Of a DNA stretch of 64,000 nt, positions 44,694-64,000 are shown piece after piece (position 1 is the first letter of the stretch; each line of letters begins with the position of its first letter). The notes under the pieces are model-generated. The model saw only the letters and a program-made list of their open reading frames with translations. It made no database searches and was not told the DNA's origin. The position numbers and the translations under genes are program-made. The DNA lies in the NCBI GenBank assembly GCA_964016885.1, contig OZ024740.1, forward strand, positions 189,162,001-189,226,000. Reading direction: 5' to 3'. Source of the DNA: Eledone cirrhosa. Its lineage: Eukaryota.

Positions 44694-47580
44694 TATATAT
44701 ATGCATATATGCGCGTGTAAAATCAGTGATTGTTTTCGAGACTTTGTGATGACTAAATTTCTAATTTTCCGAAAATACCTTACGGAAAAAAAAAAACTTG
44801 CAAAAATCGATATGAAAAAAGATGGAAATAGATCAATTGGTCGCGGTTTTCTTTTTTCTTTTCTTTTTGTTTTACAAATTTATTGACTTGCATCTGCATA
44901 TGGAAAAAAATTAAATGTCTTTGTTATTTTTTGGTTAATATTCTGAAAAGACTGTTTCGATTTTTTTTGTCTTCTCTGTGCATGACCCCAGAACAGCCGA
45001 GTACATTTTCTACTTTTCTTCTGACTTACGTCTCTTGCTATCTCTCACTGCCTTCCTGTCTATCACTCTTCCTCCCTATCTCATGTGCTTTTAAAAATAG
45101 TGCATTAATTGAGAATTCTTCTCTTTGTGTTTCGGCTTCATCTGTTCCATTTTGATCTCCCTCGTCAGATACACGTAACTACTCACAATTAAAAGAAAAA
45201 AGTTGACGTCGTTGAGCTAAATATCATGCAAGTCAAACAATTATTTAAAACTTCCGCCGTCTATTCTAGATGTTTCGTGGTGCAAACAAAAATGAGTGAT
45301 ATATACCTCTACCCATAATTTTTGTGTGGGGTGGGGGCTCTTTTTCTTTTCGGTAGGAGAGGAGCGAGCTTTCCCCCCCGCTATGTTCATATATAGATTA
45401 TATACGGTACATATATAAAATGGAAACATTCGATAAGATTCGGTAATGGGTCACTACCAAAGGTTTCGTGTTAATCTTGTGTGTCAGCCGAATGGAACCA
45501 GTTCTTCTTCAAGTTATTGACTTAATGTCGGAGCTTCTGATAGTATGAGAAATAAAGAGGAATAGCTCAACTCTGTATCGAAATTCATTGAATCAGTTTT
45601 TGCGAACTAAACCCATGACTCCCATTTACATCGGACATTATTGAGCCTGTTTCTAGGAATTTACCCTCCCCACATTTTATATTATTAAATCACACTCTCT
45701 CGCATGGAAACGCTGTCTTTACAGAAATGATCAAAGCATAAAAACTTCAGTAGAGCAGAGAATACTAATATTTCATGTCTTGTAAAGAGAAATATTGTAA
45801 CAGCTGTGACTGTAACACTTTTATCCAAAATAGCTTAGCCACATCTAAGCTAAACAGTGCTCTCTATATAGATATAAGCTGCGATCTTTTCTTTATTTCT
45901 TTAGAAGAACGAGTTTAAGCGAAACTTAACGATGACTAATGACACGAAACTGGTGGCTCGGATAAATTATGCTCTTTTGCGGAAAATATTGGGCATATAC
46001 TGCCTAGATTCATCTCACAATAAGGCTATATGCTTCACACACACGCACGCACACACACACACACATATATATATGTATAGAGGAGAGAGAGAATGAGGGA
46101 GAGAGCGAGAGATTTAAGGGACTATGGCTGCTCTTATATATATATAAAGAATAACCATAATCCCTTGAAGCAATTATCAACGCAAGTGTATATGTTGAAG
46201 CATGAAATGAATCTACGTTTTGGACGTTATTCTTCAGGACAGGAGATTGCTTTTCACTTCGCTCTGTGGGAGTAAGTTATTCGTTTGATATCGTTGTGGA
46301 TGTTGTTGATAACAAACCTACAAAGAGAAGGAGGATATTTACGGACCGCTGATTAGAGCTTTACACTAGTATGCAAAGCAGACATTTAACTTGCTTCTCA
46401 ATAATTATCAGAACCACTGGTTATGTGTACCCTCTCGCCTAGAACAAAGTATTACTCTTATTCTGTTCATGGCAACAAGAGTGCATGACTCTGTAATTCC
46501 CCAACTTCAAACAAATTTCACAGCTAGAACAGTAACAAATCTGCAAAACATTCATGAGGTTTAAAGATTGGAATGGTGACGGAATAGCATGCAGGAATGC
46601 ACAAACTGTTTGTTATAAGTTTCACTTCTTTTGGTCTTCATTTCTTTCATTATTTTTGCCTTCGTTTCTTTGTTCATTCTCTAATTTCTTTTGCCTTGCT
46701 ATGAGACAGTTGGCCGGTGAAAAGAGCCGTTATATATATAATAAAGTGGGTAGACAACACTGAAACTCTTTGCCCACGTGTGTGTGTGTGCGTCTAAATA
46801 AATATATAGATCAGACAGGGATTATATTTTTGTTGTTGATATATTTCTAAGTGCATTGAATTAAACGAATTTTTGGTAAGGAGGAAAAGGATGTGTGTAC
46901 TGTATGTCCGTGTGTTTGTATAACGCTATTCTATCCGTGACTCTGTATATATTATCTACTTGTTTATGTGATTCGAGAAAAAATAATAAACCAGCTAGTA
47001 AGTTAGAGAAGAAATGCTACGATTACATAACATCCAGATGTCGGACTTGAAGTCTCCAAACTCAAACAAGTATGTTTCTCTAGGTTCTAAGGAGACATGA
47101 TTCTGTCTGAAAGTGATCCGATAAAAATTCAGAGAGCAATCAACTTGAGGAATAAACACTAGGTTATAAGGAAGAAATGAAAAAAATTGAAAAGAAAGTA
47201 TAAATATTAGCTAGTTAATTAGTTAGTTCATCCAACGAATGTTTGCGCATCAGGCGGCAGTTCGTTTCTAGTATTCTCAATCGTTTGTTTGTTCTGTTTT
47301 CTCAGTGTCTGTTGACTGACTTTAGATCCTCTTGAAACATTCGACGCCATGTGGTCCGTTGTTCTAACCGTCTTCTCCATCTATGATACTGTTTTTGCAT
47401 ACCGATGATCTGAGTACCCACGATGGGAGAGAATAAAAACAATCTTTCACCTACACTCGTCTTTCGTATAACAATCTATACACAAGTGCGCTTGCACACA
47501 CATACGTATAGAGTTACACATGTTTTAACATACATGTATGTATCTGGTGCGTACATGTGTGGATGGGCTGTGTGAGTGTG

Positions 47581-47618
<38 letters not shown>

Positions 47619-48059
47619 AGATTTTGTAAATCACTGTTTTTACGTCTGCCGCTTTGAGGTTTGGTTATATATTTATACATTTGTTTAACTTTGCTTCTCT
47701 TTGTCGTTATGGTTAGTTGTTACTGTTCTCTCTATTTATTTGTTTACATACATAGGTATGTACGAAACAACATAACCTAGTTTACCGCAGCCACAATACA
47801 AACAGCCATGTTTATTGGAGTATCGAGCTATGAATACCAGTCAGCCAGTCAAGAGCAATAATAGCTGTTTGACTGGCAGTTTGACTGAAACTTCGGAAAG
47901 CTTTATTACGTAAGGAGTGTTGGGAAATCTTTCGATTTCCTTTCTTTATGTCCATCATACGTTTTTTTCTTTCTTCCTCATCTCCTTGATTCATAATGGG
48001 AGAAGCCATGTTTTTAAAAGTTGCTTGGCTTGATGAAGCATTCACCTTTCTCTCTCTCA

Positions 48060-48091
<32 letters not shown>

Positions 48092-48566
48092 GTATACAGT
48101 CGTGGCGCTACACAGAAAAATCATTACAGGTGTTCAATACGCAAGTCCACCAAAATGTATATGTATATATGTTTTAACAGATTTAATGACTATATATTTA
48201 CATCTATACCATGATTTTACGTTTCTATACAATTATGTGTGATATAGATAGTATTAGATACGTATAAATGTGACTTTTATCGATAATATTAGATACGTAT
48301 AAATGTGTCTTTTATAAAAGAGGCAGGTACATACCCCAAGAATATAACAAACCCCGAAGACGAGGCTGTGACAGACTAAACCTGTTGATGTGGTCTTTCA
48401 GAATATTGTTGTTCCTAAGGAATTGCAAGCTACTCATATGAAAATATGAAAAGTAATTTAAGAAATACCCAAATATTGTTGTGTTTTTAATACTAGTATA
48501 AAATATATATGATACATACATACACAACAGTCATGCACACAAAATGCAGAAGTATACACACGTTTC

Positions 48567-48773
48567 TTAACCCTTTATCATTTAAACCGGCCGCATCCGG
48601 TTAGAATTCTCTCACCTTTTTCGGTTCAAACCGGTTGTAACCGGATACTCATACTGATGCTAAGATGTTGTTCTAAAAATAAATATCAAAATCTCATAAA
48701 GTCGATAATATGTGAGATAAAGCCTTTACCATGAACATATTATAGTATATATAGAGTAATGCTAAAGGATTAA
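48567..48773. mobile_element. piggyBac-type MITE
   Basis: TTAA-ccctttatcatt ... aatgctaaagga-TTAA: TTAA target sites with imperfect terminal inverted repeats. Confidence 0.65.
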
Positions 48774-49856
48774 ATCAGCCATGTATTGTTGAAGCCATTA
48801 TATATGAAGTACAAGTCACCTCCTTCAAAATCCAACCTTAAACTACAATTATATAGAACGTAAACAACATAAACATGTTGTGGGAGTCAAATTTAAACTA
48901 CGCCATTTCAATCACACTTCCGTTTTCTGACATAGGCAAAAAGACTATAAGGTTAGCAAATTACATCAAGAATTTGAAAGAACTTGGTAATGATTTTGAG
49001 AACAAGTGGAACATCCTTCATTATGCACACCATATAGAAACGGCATGAAAAGGTGCTGTTTCTGTATATTTGTAAAGAATGCCATACTGGAAAATCCTGA
49101 TCATTTCAGCAAATAAACTATAAATATAAGACCAGTGATACATACTCTATGTCGCTACATAAGTATTTGTTCAAATACACACGCTATCCTATAATCACAC
49201 ACACGCTATTCTATAATCGCATACATTCTATTATATATAGCTAATTTTATACATTAATTGACATTCCCAAATGCAATATAACCTTTGCAGCACTCACATA
49301 TTTCCTGACAAGTTCCCAAGTTATTTCTTTATATGATATATATATTTCAGTCTACACATGTATAAAGTACACTATTTGTTCATGCACGTTCGTACATCAT
49401 ACAATATATATCGCATATAACAATAAGCACATATACATACATACACACACAGACCTCCCTCTCTCTCTCTCTATATATATATACACACACAATATGTGTG
49501 TGAGAGAGAGGGAAAGTGGGCTAGGGCGAATATAAACGTCACTATAGTTAATATATGCATGCCAAAGAGTGCAGTAAGCTTTTGTTGTGGAGGACGTTGT
49601 TTCCTGAAGCCAAGCAGTATTTGCAAAGAAAACAATTGTCAAATAGTGTATGGTAAGTGCCACAGTTTGGCTTCTCCAGCAAGCTAGAAACTAAAACCCA
49701 CAGCTTACTTTGTAAACAATCGAAGGAAGTGCAGGTTTTGACATGTTTTCGAATTCTCTGTGTATATATAACGATATGTATGTGTGTATGTATGTATGTG
49801 TGTATGTATATATATATATATAAACACATCAACGTTTGGTTTATTGTATGTCAGAC

Positions 49857-49903
<47 letters not shown>

Positions 49904-50464
49904 GTGTGTGTGCGAGTGTACCTTTATGCGTATACCTGTGCGTGTATATATATATGTGTGTATGTATGTCTATATATATGCCTGTATATATATACATATA
50001 TATATGTCTGTATATGTATGTACGTATATATAGATATATATGTATGTGTATATAAATATATGTGTATGTATATATGTATATATTTATATATGTTTTTATA
50101 TGTATTTAGTTTTCTCTGTTTATGTATATACATTTGTATGTGTGCATAGGTATGTTTATGAATACATATGTATGTGTGAATACATGTATAAACGTCTGTG
50201 TTTTGTGGTTGTTATATCAGCATTTAATTTGAAGCATTCGACTTGAAGAAAACCCGAACTATTTTCAGGAAAAAGTTTCTGTACTAATAAAATAGAATCC
50301 GGCTTTTTATGATAATCGTGGGTTTTATTTGATATTTCTTAATAAATAAATAAATTCATATACATAGAACCGACACCTCTTGTTATAATCAATACTGATG
50401 GAATTCTATATATATATAAATCGAATTTTGTTTAGCTATCTTATATGTACATGCATACATACGT

Positions 50465-50705
50465 ATAAATAAAACATGGTTTTGCAAACTGATTGTGAGT
50501 TATAGTGTGTATGTATGTGTGAGTATGTGCGAACGCATACGCGCCTGTGTATATACACACAGGCGCGTATGCATTCGCACACACTCACACATACACACAC
50601 ATTATAACTCACAATCAGTTTGCAATACCATATTTTATTTTATGTAGTAGCTCTTACTTCACCTGTTGTGTAACTGTTTGTCTACGGCGAAGTAGTTATG
50701 AGATG
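50465..50705 (+). mobile_element. Fold-back palindrome with CA/TG-rich arms
   Basis: Arms ~50465-50549 and ~50554-50641 centred on gtgtatatacac. No hammerhead seen. Confidence 0.6.
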
Positions 50706-51867
50706 GTTATCAAGTACATTTTGTTTTCTTGCTCGTACCAATGTACAGCTAAAATATCTGATGTCAAATCATGGAAAAAAACGACCATTTATTTATTTAT
50801 TTATTTTATGGTTTTCTTGTAAATTCGTGTACATATTAAGTACACATGATGGCTCTCGCATAACATTTGAAGAATGAGAGTTCTGCTGCTTTCTCACTAT
50901 TTCTGTATGCGTTGAATGTTTGTGGGGATTAATCAGAAGGGGAAACGCTGCGCCCATATGTGATATTTGTTACAGATTACTATGATCTGAGTTCAAATCC
51001 TGCCTAAGTCAACTCTACAATACTAGTCCAGAGTGATGGATTGGTTTGAATCGATAAAGCGTCAGACGAGATGTTTTGCGTTATTTGTTACAGCTTCCTG
51101 CTATCTATTCGTGTTCCTTACGTTCTGAGTTATAATCATGTTATGGATTACTTTTGTGATACACATAATCCATCACTTGTTTTAACACAACAACGACTTA
51201 GCTCCTGTGCGTCATTAGCAGAGCCCACTGTATTGTAAAAATTCCGGCTAGGCCGCCGATTTGAGGATGATTTTCCTCTTTCCATTCAGCGGAATCATAG
51301 GCCCTTAGAAGGGTCAAATGTATTGCTCTTCTCCTAAAAACTAATCAGTAAAAAATGTCAATGTAAATGGAATAGCAAAAAGAAACATCTTTGAATTGTT
51401 CCAAATAATAGCAACAGAAATGGTGTTAAACAATGAGTCAGATTAATTCTACTTCTGAAAAGCATGAAGTGCACTCCATCGGCTTGACTTTCAAAATTGT
51501 TTCCTAGCTAAGAAGATGTCATTTATGCAAAGTCTTGACCTACAAGAAGTACAGCCAATAATCTCACAAATCTACAGACTGATTAAAAGAAAAGCACTTA
51601 ACTCTAGTCTTAGCGCGGCATATTTTCTCAAACGTCTATTCATATATTTCACGAAATACTAGGCAAAAGCAATCTAATTTTTATTAAAAAACACAAAGAA
51701 AAAACACTTGCATTGGTCCAATGCCATGGCAGAAAATATTGGCTCACAGTATTGTGCAATAGGATCGAACGTGGGACCTATTCGGCCATGCATGTGTGCG
51801 CGCGCGCGTATACATATGCAACTGTAAAAAAACAGTTCTTTTACTGCCGTTATATATATATATATAA

Positions 51868-51988
<121 letters not shown>

Positions 51989-51989
51989 A

Positions 51990-52020
<31 letters not shown>

Positions 52021-52048
52021 AATATGTATATATATATATATATTTATA

Positions 52049-52164
<116 letters not shown>

Positions 52165-52299
52165 TGTATATATATATATATATATAAATATGTATATATA
52201 TATATATGTATATATATATAAATATGTATATATATATATATATGTATATATATATAAATATGTATATATATATATATATATAAATATGTATATATTTAA

Positions 52300-52438
52300 T
52301 GGCATCCAGCTGTAGAAAACCCGCCAGATAGTCCTATGCGAGCAAGATAATCACTCTTGCCTCAAGTGGGAAAACCCCCGTCCAAACCCATGCAAGCGTG
52401 GAACACGGACGTTAAACGTTGATGATGATGATGATGAT
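52300..52438 (+). mobile_element. 3' end of an RTE-type SINE/LINE with a (GAT)n tail
   Basis: ggcatccagctgtagaaaacc...aacccatgcaagcgtggaacacggacgttaaacg(ttga)(tga)n. Confidence 0.6.
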
Positions 52439-52439
52439 A

Positions 52440-55538
<3,099 letters not shown>

Positions 55539-57036
55539 TGAAGTTTCCGTTGAAAATTGAAAAAGTCATAGGAGTGAAGAGTGCTCTATGTAAGTACCGG
55601 AGCAAAATTTAATGTATAATAAACAATACAATATAATTCATTACCAGAGGTTACCCGAGTAAGACGAATACGAAAAACGTCCTCATTCGTTCGTCGTACA
55701 AGGCAATTTAAATCATCGTGAAATATTTAAAAAGTCTCCTCAAGAAATGCAAGAGTTTAACTGGCAAAAATATATATAAATAAAAGTAATGCAAGAGATA
55801 TATAAAAAAATAAGGAAATATTGTTAGGGTGTGTGTATATGTATGTATATACACTCACAAATGTACATATGTGTGTATGTACAAATGCCTGTGTATGGTG
55901 AAAATGTGTGCGTAAGTACATATATGAGGGCAAGTATATTTGTGTATATGTGACCACAAATACGTATATAATATGAGTTTGAAAAGAAATTGTAAGATAA
56001 TATAGTTAACACGCATCCAGATACAGGTATTAAATACACATACGAGTATGAAAGCAAGCGTATAAACACACACACGCGCGGTTACTTATATGCGGAAGAT
56101 AAAGAGGGAAGGGAGTGTAATAGTAAAAAGAAGTGTCATTCTCGATATATGTATAAAAATGAAACAATATAAGAGAATGAAAACATTTTTTAAATGAAAG
56201 AGAAAGTAATCAATTATCACTAGAGAAAAGAAAACAAACATAGGTACGCACGTACACACATATATATATATAAATATTTATACACACAAATACGTACAGA
56301 CAAAAGCGCATGCATGCGTACATACATACACACGAGGCACGTATATATATATATATCGCCACATGTATATCTAATCACACGTACGTACGTACGCGACTAT
56401 ATATATATATATATACATATATACATACACACCCATATATACATATACATATACATACACATACACATACATTCACCCGCATACACACACACGTATAAAT
56501 AAGTATGCAAAAAACATAGATATAAAAAACATATATAAAAACACACATACACACATATATATATATATACGTACGCACGCACACATACGCAGGCGTTCTT
56601 ATACATATATAGAACGTATACACACATAAGCACACTCACACACATAGATACAGATTAGAAACCGGCCATATGAATAAATGAAAATATAAAATCGGCTGCG
56701 AAACAACAGAATATATCTGAAGTGGAAAACGCAAGTGACATGTGATATCACGTAGTGAAAGAAAATGGGGAAGTAAAATGTGGAATGTGAAGATATTAGG
56801 TAAGTCAATCGAAAAGTAGGAGGAGAGGGGTGGTGATTATGGTGGATGTGAAGTAAAAATAAAAATAAAGTTAAAATGAAAGTAAATCAGAAAGAGAAGT
56901 CTGAAAATAGGATAATATAAGGAAAGTGAAGAATAAGAGTTTATGGAGGATAAGTATCTGAAAGTGAGTTAAGTTTATATGAGCTTGAAAGCAAGTGTGA
57001 TTTCATGTGTGGGCAACTGGTGAAAATTTCTGTTTT

Positions 57037-57129
<93 letters not shown>

Positions 57130-57149
57130 TATATATATATATATATTTA

Positions 57150-57471
57150 TGAAAGTAAAACAAAGAAGCCTTCAATACATCAAAAGTCTTTATTAGCCAA
57201 CAATGTTTCGTCCTATTAAGGACTCATCAAGGCAATTAAAACAACAAAAAGTATTATCGGCCATTACAAGCTTTGCTTTGGACTATATTTGTAATATGGT
57301 TCTAAATGTTATACACCTCCTTAGTGATTTTTATTATATATTTTTACCCATAATCTTGCAATACTTTAGTGTATGTACACTCCAAATTCTTCGGAGTTTT
57401 CGGCTTGTATTGGTCGATAATACTTCTTGTTGTTTTAATTGCCCTGATGAGTCCTTAATAGGACGAAACAT
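57150..57471 (-). mobile_element. Fold-back element with hammerheads in both arms
   Basis: Arms 57203-57271 and 57403-57471, ~130-bp spacer, tail 57150-57202, (TA)n flanks. Confidence 0.82.
57196..57233 (-). ncRNA. Minimal type I hammerhead; plus-strand twin at 57441-57471 is truncated in stem III
   Basis: GCC-UUGAUGA-GUCCU uaau AGGAC-GAAA-CAUUG-UU-GGC. The twin has canonical CUGAUGA. Confidence 0.78.
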
Positions 57472-57714
57472 ATGTATATGTATATGTATGTATATATATA
57501 TACATATATATATGCATATACATACATATACATATACATACACATATATATATATATATATACATACACATATATATATATATATTTATGTATATATATA
57601 TATATATATGTATGTATATATATATATATGTATATGTATGTATGTATATATATATATATATGTATATGTATGTATATATATATGTATATGTATGTATATA
57701 TATATATATATATG

Positions 57715-60700
57715 TAACTTTGAATAACTTTGAAATGTTTTGGCCAGTATTGGCCCAGGCCATGTCTAACTTAATAGCACCACCTGGCGAAGTCTTTCAA
57801 TTCAGGATTTGGGCACCATGGCCCATTCGAGAAGAGAATTACTGTTTGCGGAGACATATCCGGGTGTGGGTGGTTTGTCCGGGATTACTTGGAGGAATTT
57901 GTCCAAAGACTTGTTGAATTTTGTGTGGTCAGTTTCTGTTTTGACGTGTCCTGGTGTGATGTTGAAGAGAGCAGGGCCGATTGAGGTGAAATAATTGTGC
58001 CGTATTGTTGTTATGAGTTGCGATTTAGATTTTTGTATGGGACGGATAGCACGGGGCCCAAGCCTTGGGTGTATCTTGAAGGCGATGCCAACATCATTTG
58101 GGCAGTGATGATGGAACATTTTCCACATCATGCAGATAATAGAACGTTCACGGCGACGTTGGAGTGAGTAAAGTTTCAGCTTTTCTAGTCGACCCCAGTA
58201 GTCAAGGTCTGACATGCCATCTATATTTTTCGTGATTGCCCTTTGAGGAGCTTCAAGTTTCATGATACTTTGTTTCGTGTGGGGAGACCACAGTGGACAA
58301 CAGTATTCAAGGTGTGGTCGGGCAAAAGTAGAGAAGAGAAGGATAATGGTGTGGGAATCTCTCGACTGGAAGGTTCTGAGGATCCAGGAACACATTCTGC
58401 GGGCCATGTCAACTTTGCTGCTTATATGCGTGGCCCAGCTTATGTTGCTGTCCACGGTTACTCCCAAGTCTCTGATGTTGTTAGATGCCACGAGAGTTTC
58501 CCTGGAGGGAAGGGAGTACGGGAGTTTCAGAGCATCCTCTTTTCCAAAGTGGATCAGTTCGAATTTGTCTTCGTTCAGTAACATGTTGTTCTTTTCCGCC
58601 CATTGGGTAACAGCCAGTAGGTCTGACTGAAGGCTTATCCGGTCATCCACGCCATTGATGACCTTTTGGAGCTTGGAATCATCAGCGAAAATTTTAATGT
58701 TGCTGTGTTTGATGATGTCAGTGATGTCATTAATATAGATGATGAAGAGAAGTGGGCCCAACACAGTGCCTTGTGGGACCCCACTACTGACTTTGGCTGG
58801 GCTGGATTTGACCCCTTCAACTACAACATGTTGGGTTCTGTTTGACAGGAAGCTCTTGATCCACTGCAGCAGCTTTCCAGTGACACCAATATTGGACAGC
58901 TTTCTCAGTAGAATGTTATGATCAACCCTGTCAAAGGCCATGCTGAAATCAAGGTAGATAACATCAGTGTTGGAACCCTCTCCCAAGGCTCTCAAAATGT
59001 CATCAAAGTGATGCAGTAGCTGCGTCAGGCAATCCCTTCCATTACGGAATCCATGCTGGTTGGAGTTCAGCATATTGTTACTCTCAAGGAAGTGGGTCAT
59101 TCGCGATCTCACCACTCCCTCAAATACCTTAATGATATGAGAGGTGAGTGAGATTGGACGGTAATTCACGGCAAGGGATTTGTTTCCTTTTTTGAAAATT
59201 GGGACAACAGACTGGGATAGAAGGTTTTCTGGCACATATCCAGCATCCAGTGAGTTCCGCCACAGATTGGCAAGAGGAGATACAAGTTGGTGTTGACACG
59301 CCTTCAAGACACAAGCAGGGAACCTATCGGGACCTACTGCTGAATTATGCTTGATTTCCTTTATTGCCGCTAAGACATCAGGGGCGCCAAACGTTATGTC
59401 CGATAAGGTGTAATGGGAAGTAACATCGCCGATACAGCCCAGATCGGCCATATCAGGATTGCTGAAAACAGAGCAGTATTGTTTCTGCAGTATCTCACCC
59501 ATGGTTTTAGCATTGTCTTAAAGAGTGCCATTTTCATCAATTAGAGGGCCAACAGAAGAGTCAGTGATTTTGTGTTTTTTTACAAATGAAAAGAACACTT
59601 TGGGATTGAGTTTGATCTTCTCAATGGCCCAGGCCTCTTCAGCTCTTCTCTGATTGTTGATGAGGGACATTATGTTGTTTTGGAGGTTATGTTTTTTAAT
59701 CTCTAGTGATGAAATGGCAGTCAAGTTGATGTGTTGCTGCTGAAGGTATTTCAGCTTGTTGATTTTTTTGTTCGTTCTCTTAATTTTTCTGATGAGCGTT
59801 TTTCTATTTCTAGGGATTCTGCTCTTAGATTTGTTTATAGTTCTTAATGGGGTGTGTTTTGCACATATGTTTGTAACAGTGTCCACAAATGTCTGCCAGG
59901 ACTTTTTGATGTTAGTGGGTGTATGAGTGTGCGTGAAGGACCAGTCGACATGTGCAAGATCATGACTGATCGCTTCCCAGTTTGCATTGTGGAAATCCAT
60001 AGCGTCAAACGGATGGACAGGAGAGATGACATTGGGTTTGTATATTGGACGGTGGAATCTCAGATCACAGAGAACCATGTCATGATCAGAGAGTAGAGTT
60101 TTCTCCACTGCAATATTGTGGATATTGTCAGTGTGATTGCTGAAAATTAAGTCTAGGACGTTTTTGTGGCACCTCGTTGGTTCGAGCACCAGTTGGGATA
60201 GGAAGAAATCATCCATGAAGTCAAGAAGCGATTCCACTGCTTCCCTGTCAGAGATTGAGGCAGACGAACCTGGTGGCAGGCTGTTTGTGGACCAGTCAAC
60301 TCCGGGGAGGTTGAAGTCCCCCATCATTAAGATGTTGTCAGGGTGACACTCTTGGATGAAACACTTTATGCTGTTGAGGCATTCCTTGAAGCATGGTACA
60401 GGCGTTTGGGGTGGCCTATAGAGCCCAACTACTATTAGGTTGTTGGTTTGACTGAATACAGTGCTGCTTCGCAGTATCCATTAGTGAATATGTTCATAGC
60501 CTCTGTTGAGAAAGAATTATGGACATAAATGGCAGTCCCGCCCTTTCTTCTGCCAGCGCGATCAGCATGGATGGCTTTGAAATTATTCACTTTCACCTCG
60601 GCTTCCAAGTGGAGGTTACTGAGATGGGTTTCAGTGAGGACGAAGAAAGGGATGTGGTTTGGATGGACATCAATCCAGTCCTCCAGGAATTTGATCTTCC

Positions 60701-60950
60701 ATTTTTGAGTATTGGTGGAAGGGCTGATGCCTTGGGTGTTAAGCAAAAATGTAGAGGCGAGAGTGGATGGTTTTAATTGTTTTGGTGTGTTGTTAATTTG
60801 TTTGTTTGTTAATGGCAGCAATGGGAGTTTGTGCAGTGGGGTGATAGTGGAGGGTGGTGCTGGGTGATAGCTCGAATGTTTTTTTCCAGTTCTTTTGCCA
60901 GATTCATTATGGCTAAAAAAGAGGAAGAAGTTTCCTGTTTAGAAGACTGT
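57715..60950 (-). mobile_element. 5'-truncated non-LTR retrotransposon (LINE, CR1/L2/Crack group) inserted between TA-rich microsatellite arrays
   Basis: APE endonuclease and RT coding segments on the minus strand, a short 3' UTR with a GGCCA-ATAC-TGGCC hairpin, and a terminal (TTCAAAGTTA)x2 repeat. Both ends abut (TA)n/(TATG)n. Confidence 0.93.
57802..60821 (-). pseudogene. LINE ORF2 (AP endonuclease + reverse transcriptase), disrupted
   Basis: APE motifs LNTQG, LTETHL, GGTAIYV, GLYRPP, MGDFN, LDLIF, SDH. RT motifs YRPISLTS, QHGFR, YLDFSMAFDRVDH, GVPQGTVLGPLLF, FADD, HLEYCCPLWSP. There is a frameshift near 60440-60460 and an in-frame TAA at 59518-59520. Confidence 0.92.
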
Positions 60951-60960
60951 GTATATATAT

Positions 60961-61048
<88 letters not shown>

Positions 61049-61229
61049 GTATGTATATATATATATATATGTATGTATATATATATATATATGTATGTAT
61101 ATATATATATATATGTATATGTATGTATATATATATATGTATATGTATGTATATATATATATATGTATATGTATGTATATATATATATATGTATATGTAT
61201 GTATATATATATATATATGTATATGTATG

Positions 61230-61262
<33 letters not shown>

Positions 61263-61296
61263 ATATATATATATATGTATATGTATGTATATATAT

Positions 61297-61330
<34 letters not shown>

Positions 61331-61567
61331 GTATATGTATGTATATATATATAGTATATGTATGTATATATATATGTATATATATATATGTATATGTATG
61401 TATATATATATGTATATATATATATGTATGTATGTATATATATATATGTGTGTATGTATGAATCCACACACAGAAAAGACGCAATGTTTAGGCAAATTAC
61501 AGAGGCAGTAAGCATAAAAGAATTAAAACCAAAATTAAATAGAAAATATGAGTGGAACAGCAACATC

Positions 61568-61665
61568 ACAACTTACAATTAAGGACAAAATGAAAACACA
61601 CACACACATAGAACAAACAACTTACAATTAAGGACAAAATGAAAACACACACACACATAGAAAAA
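61568..61665. repeat. Tandem duplication, ~49-bp unit x2
   Basis: acaacttacaattaaggacaaaatgaaaacacacacacacataga occurs twice. Confidence 0.85.
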
Positions 61666-61840
61666 ACAACCAACCAACAATAAATAAATAAATAAATAAA
61701 CAAATAGATAAATGAACACAAACACACACAGACACCCGGATGTGGCGTATGCGCAAACTGAGCACACAACACACACACAGAAACAAAATGGCGTAGGATA
61801 GAAGAAAGGAAAGGCACAGAAACAAAGGAAAGGAATCCCC

Positions 61841-61885
61841 AGTCACTGAAGAGGTCACAGAGTGTGTGACGAAAGGACTATGACT
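61841..61885 (+). ncRNA. Minimal type I hammerhead ribozyme
   Basis: AGUCA-CUGAAGA-G-GUCACA gagug UGUGAC-GAAA-GGAC-UA-UGACU: perfect 5-bp stem I and 6-bp stem II. Confidence 0.85.
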
Positions 61886-62046
61886 ATATATAAACAACTA
61901 TCTGGTTTTGGAACCAACCAACCAGCCAGAAATTTATAAGTTTGTAAATTTGTAAATTTATAAATTTATAAATATATAATAAACTGAAGTGATAGCAACT
62001 GGTGCGTGTGTTTCTTATTGGCAACATGACCCTCCCAAAGTATAAC

Positions 62047-63658
<1,612 letters not shown>

Positions 63659-64000
63659 GTGTGTGTTTATGTGGGTTTGTGTGTGTTTACTGGCAGGCGG
63701 ATAATTTATTTCCTAATTTGCTAATTTGAATACAATGCTTTGTTAACTGTGCAGTTCTTATTGAAGGTGGTGATGATGTTTGTGGGGTTATAAATGATGA
63801 CTTCTCAATCATTTATCAAATAATTTATTTCCATATCATTACTTCAGTTGTTCCACCCCATTACTCACACACCTTACCCTACTTTACCATTTTCCACTCA
63901 AAAGGGACAGATTTATATTGAGTAGTGTGTTTGAAGTTTTCCATGGCAAAGAAGCGTCATATTAATTTTCCACTCAAGTGCACGTTGGTCTGATTTTTTA

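Noticed and set aside
51300-51700. Possible decayed hAT transposase (minus); possible mariner fragments at ~26130-26300 and ~35160-35400
   Set aside because: Resemblance is too weak and too interrupted by stops to support by eye.

Overview
Repeat-saturated, AT-rich eukaryotic DNA, probably intronic or intergenic. The SINE families and the very large (TA)n/(CA)n arrays resemble cephalopod (Octopus-like) DNA; this is an inference. No host protein-coding exon can be supported, and nearly all ORF-track entries are translated microsatellite. The only clear coding sequence is a disrupted, 5'-truncated CR1-group LINE (minus strand, ~57715-60950) and a small decayed RTE-type RT fragment. The main observation is at least 15 short elements from several sequence-unrelated families, almost all embedded in (TA)n. 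They share three features. (1) An asymmetric fold-back: two inverted arms plus a one-sided 'tail'. (2) Minimal type I hammerhead ribozyme folds: about eight complete or near-complete ones and several half or degenerate ones, including a U3-A8 compensatory core. (3) A covarying 3' stem-loop, RCUC-stem-[1-2 nt bulge, usually pyrimidine]-GAGY, downstream of the ribozyme. This pattern fits 3' remnants or non-autonomous derivatives of microsatellite-targeting Penelope-like retroelements. The shared 3' RNA motif is not one I recognise as described. All folds were done by eye.
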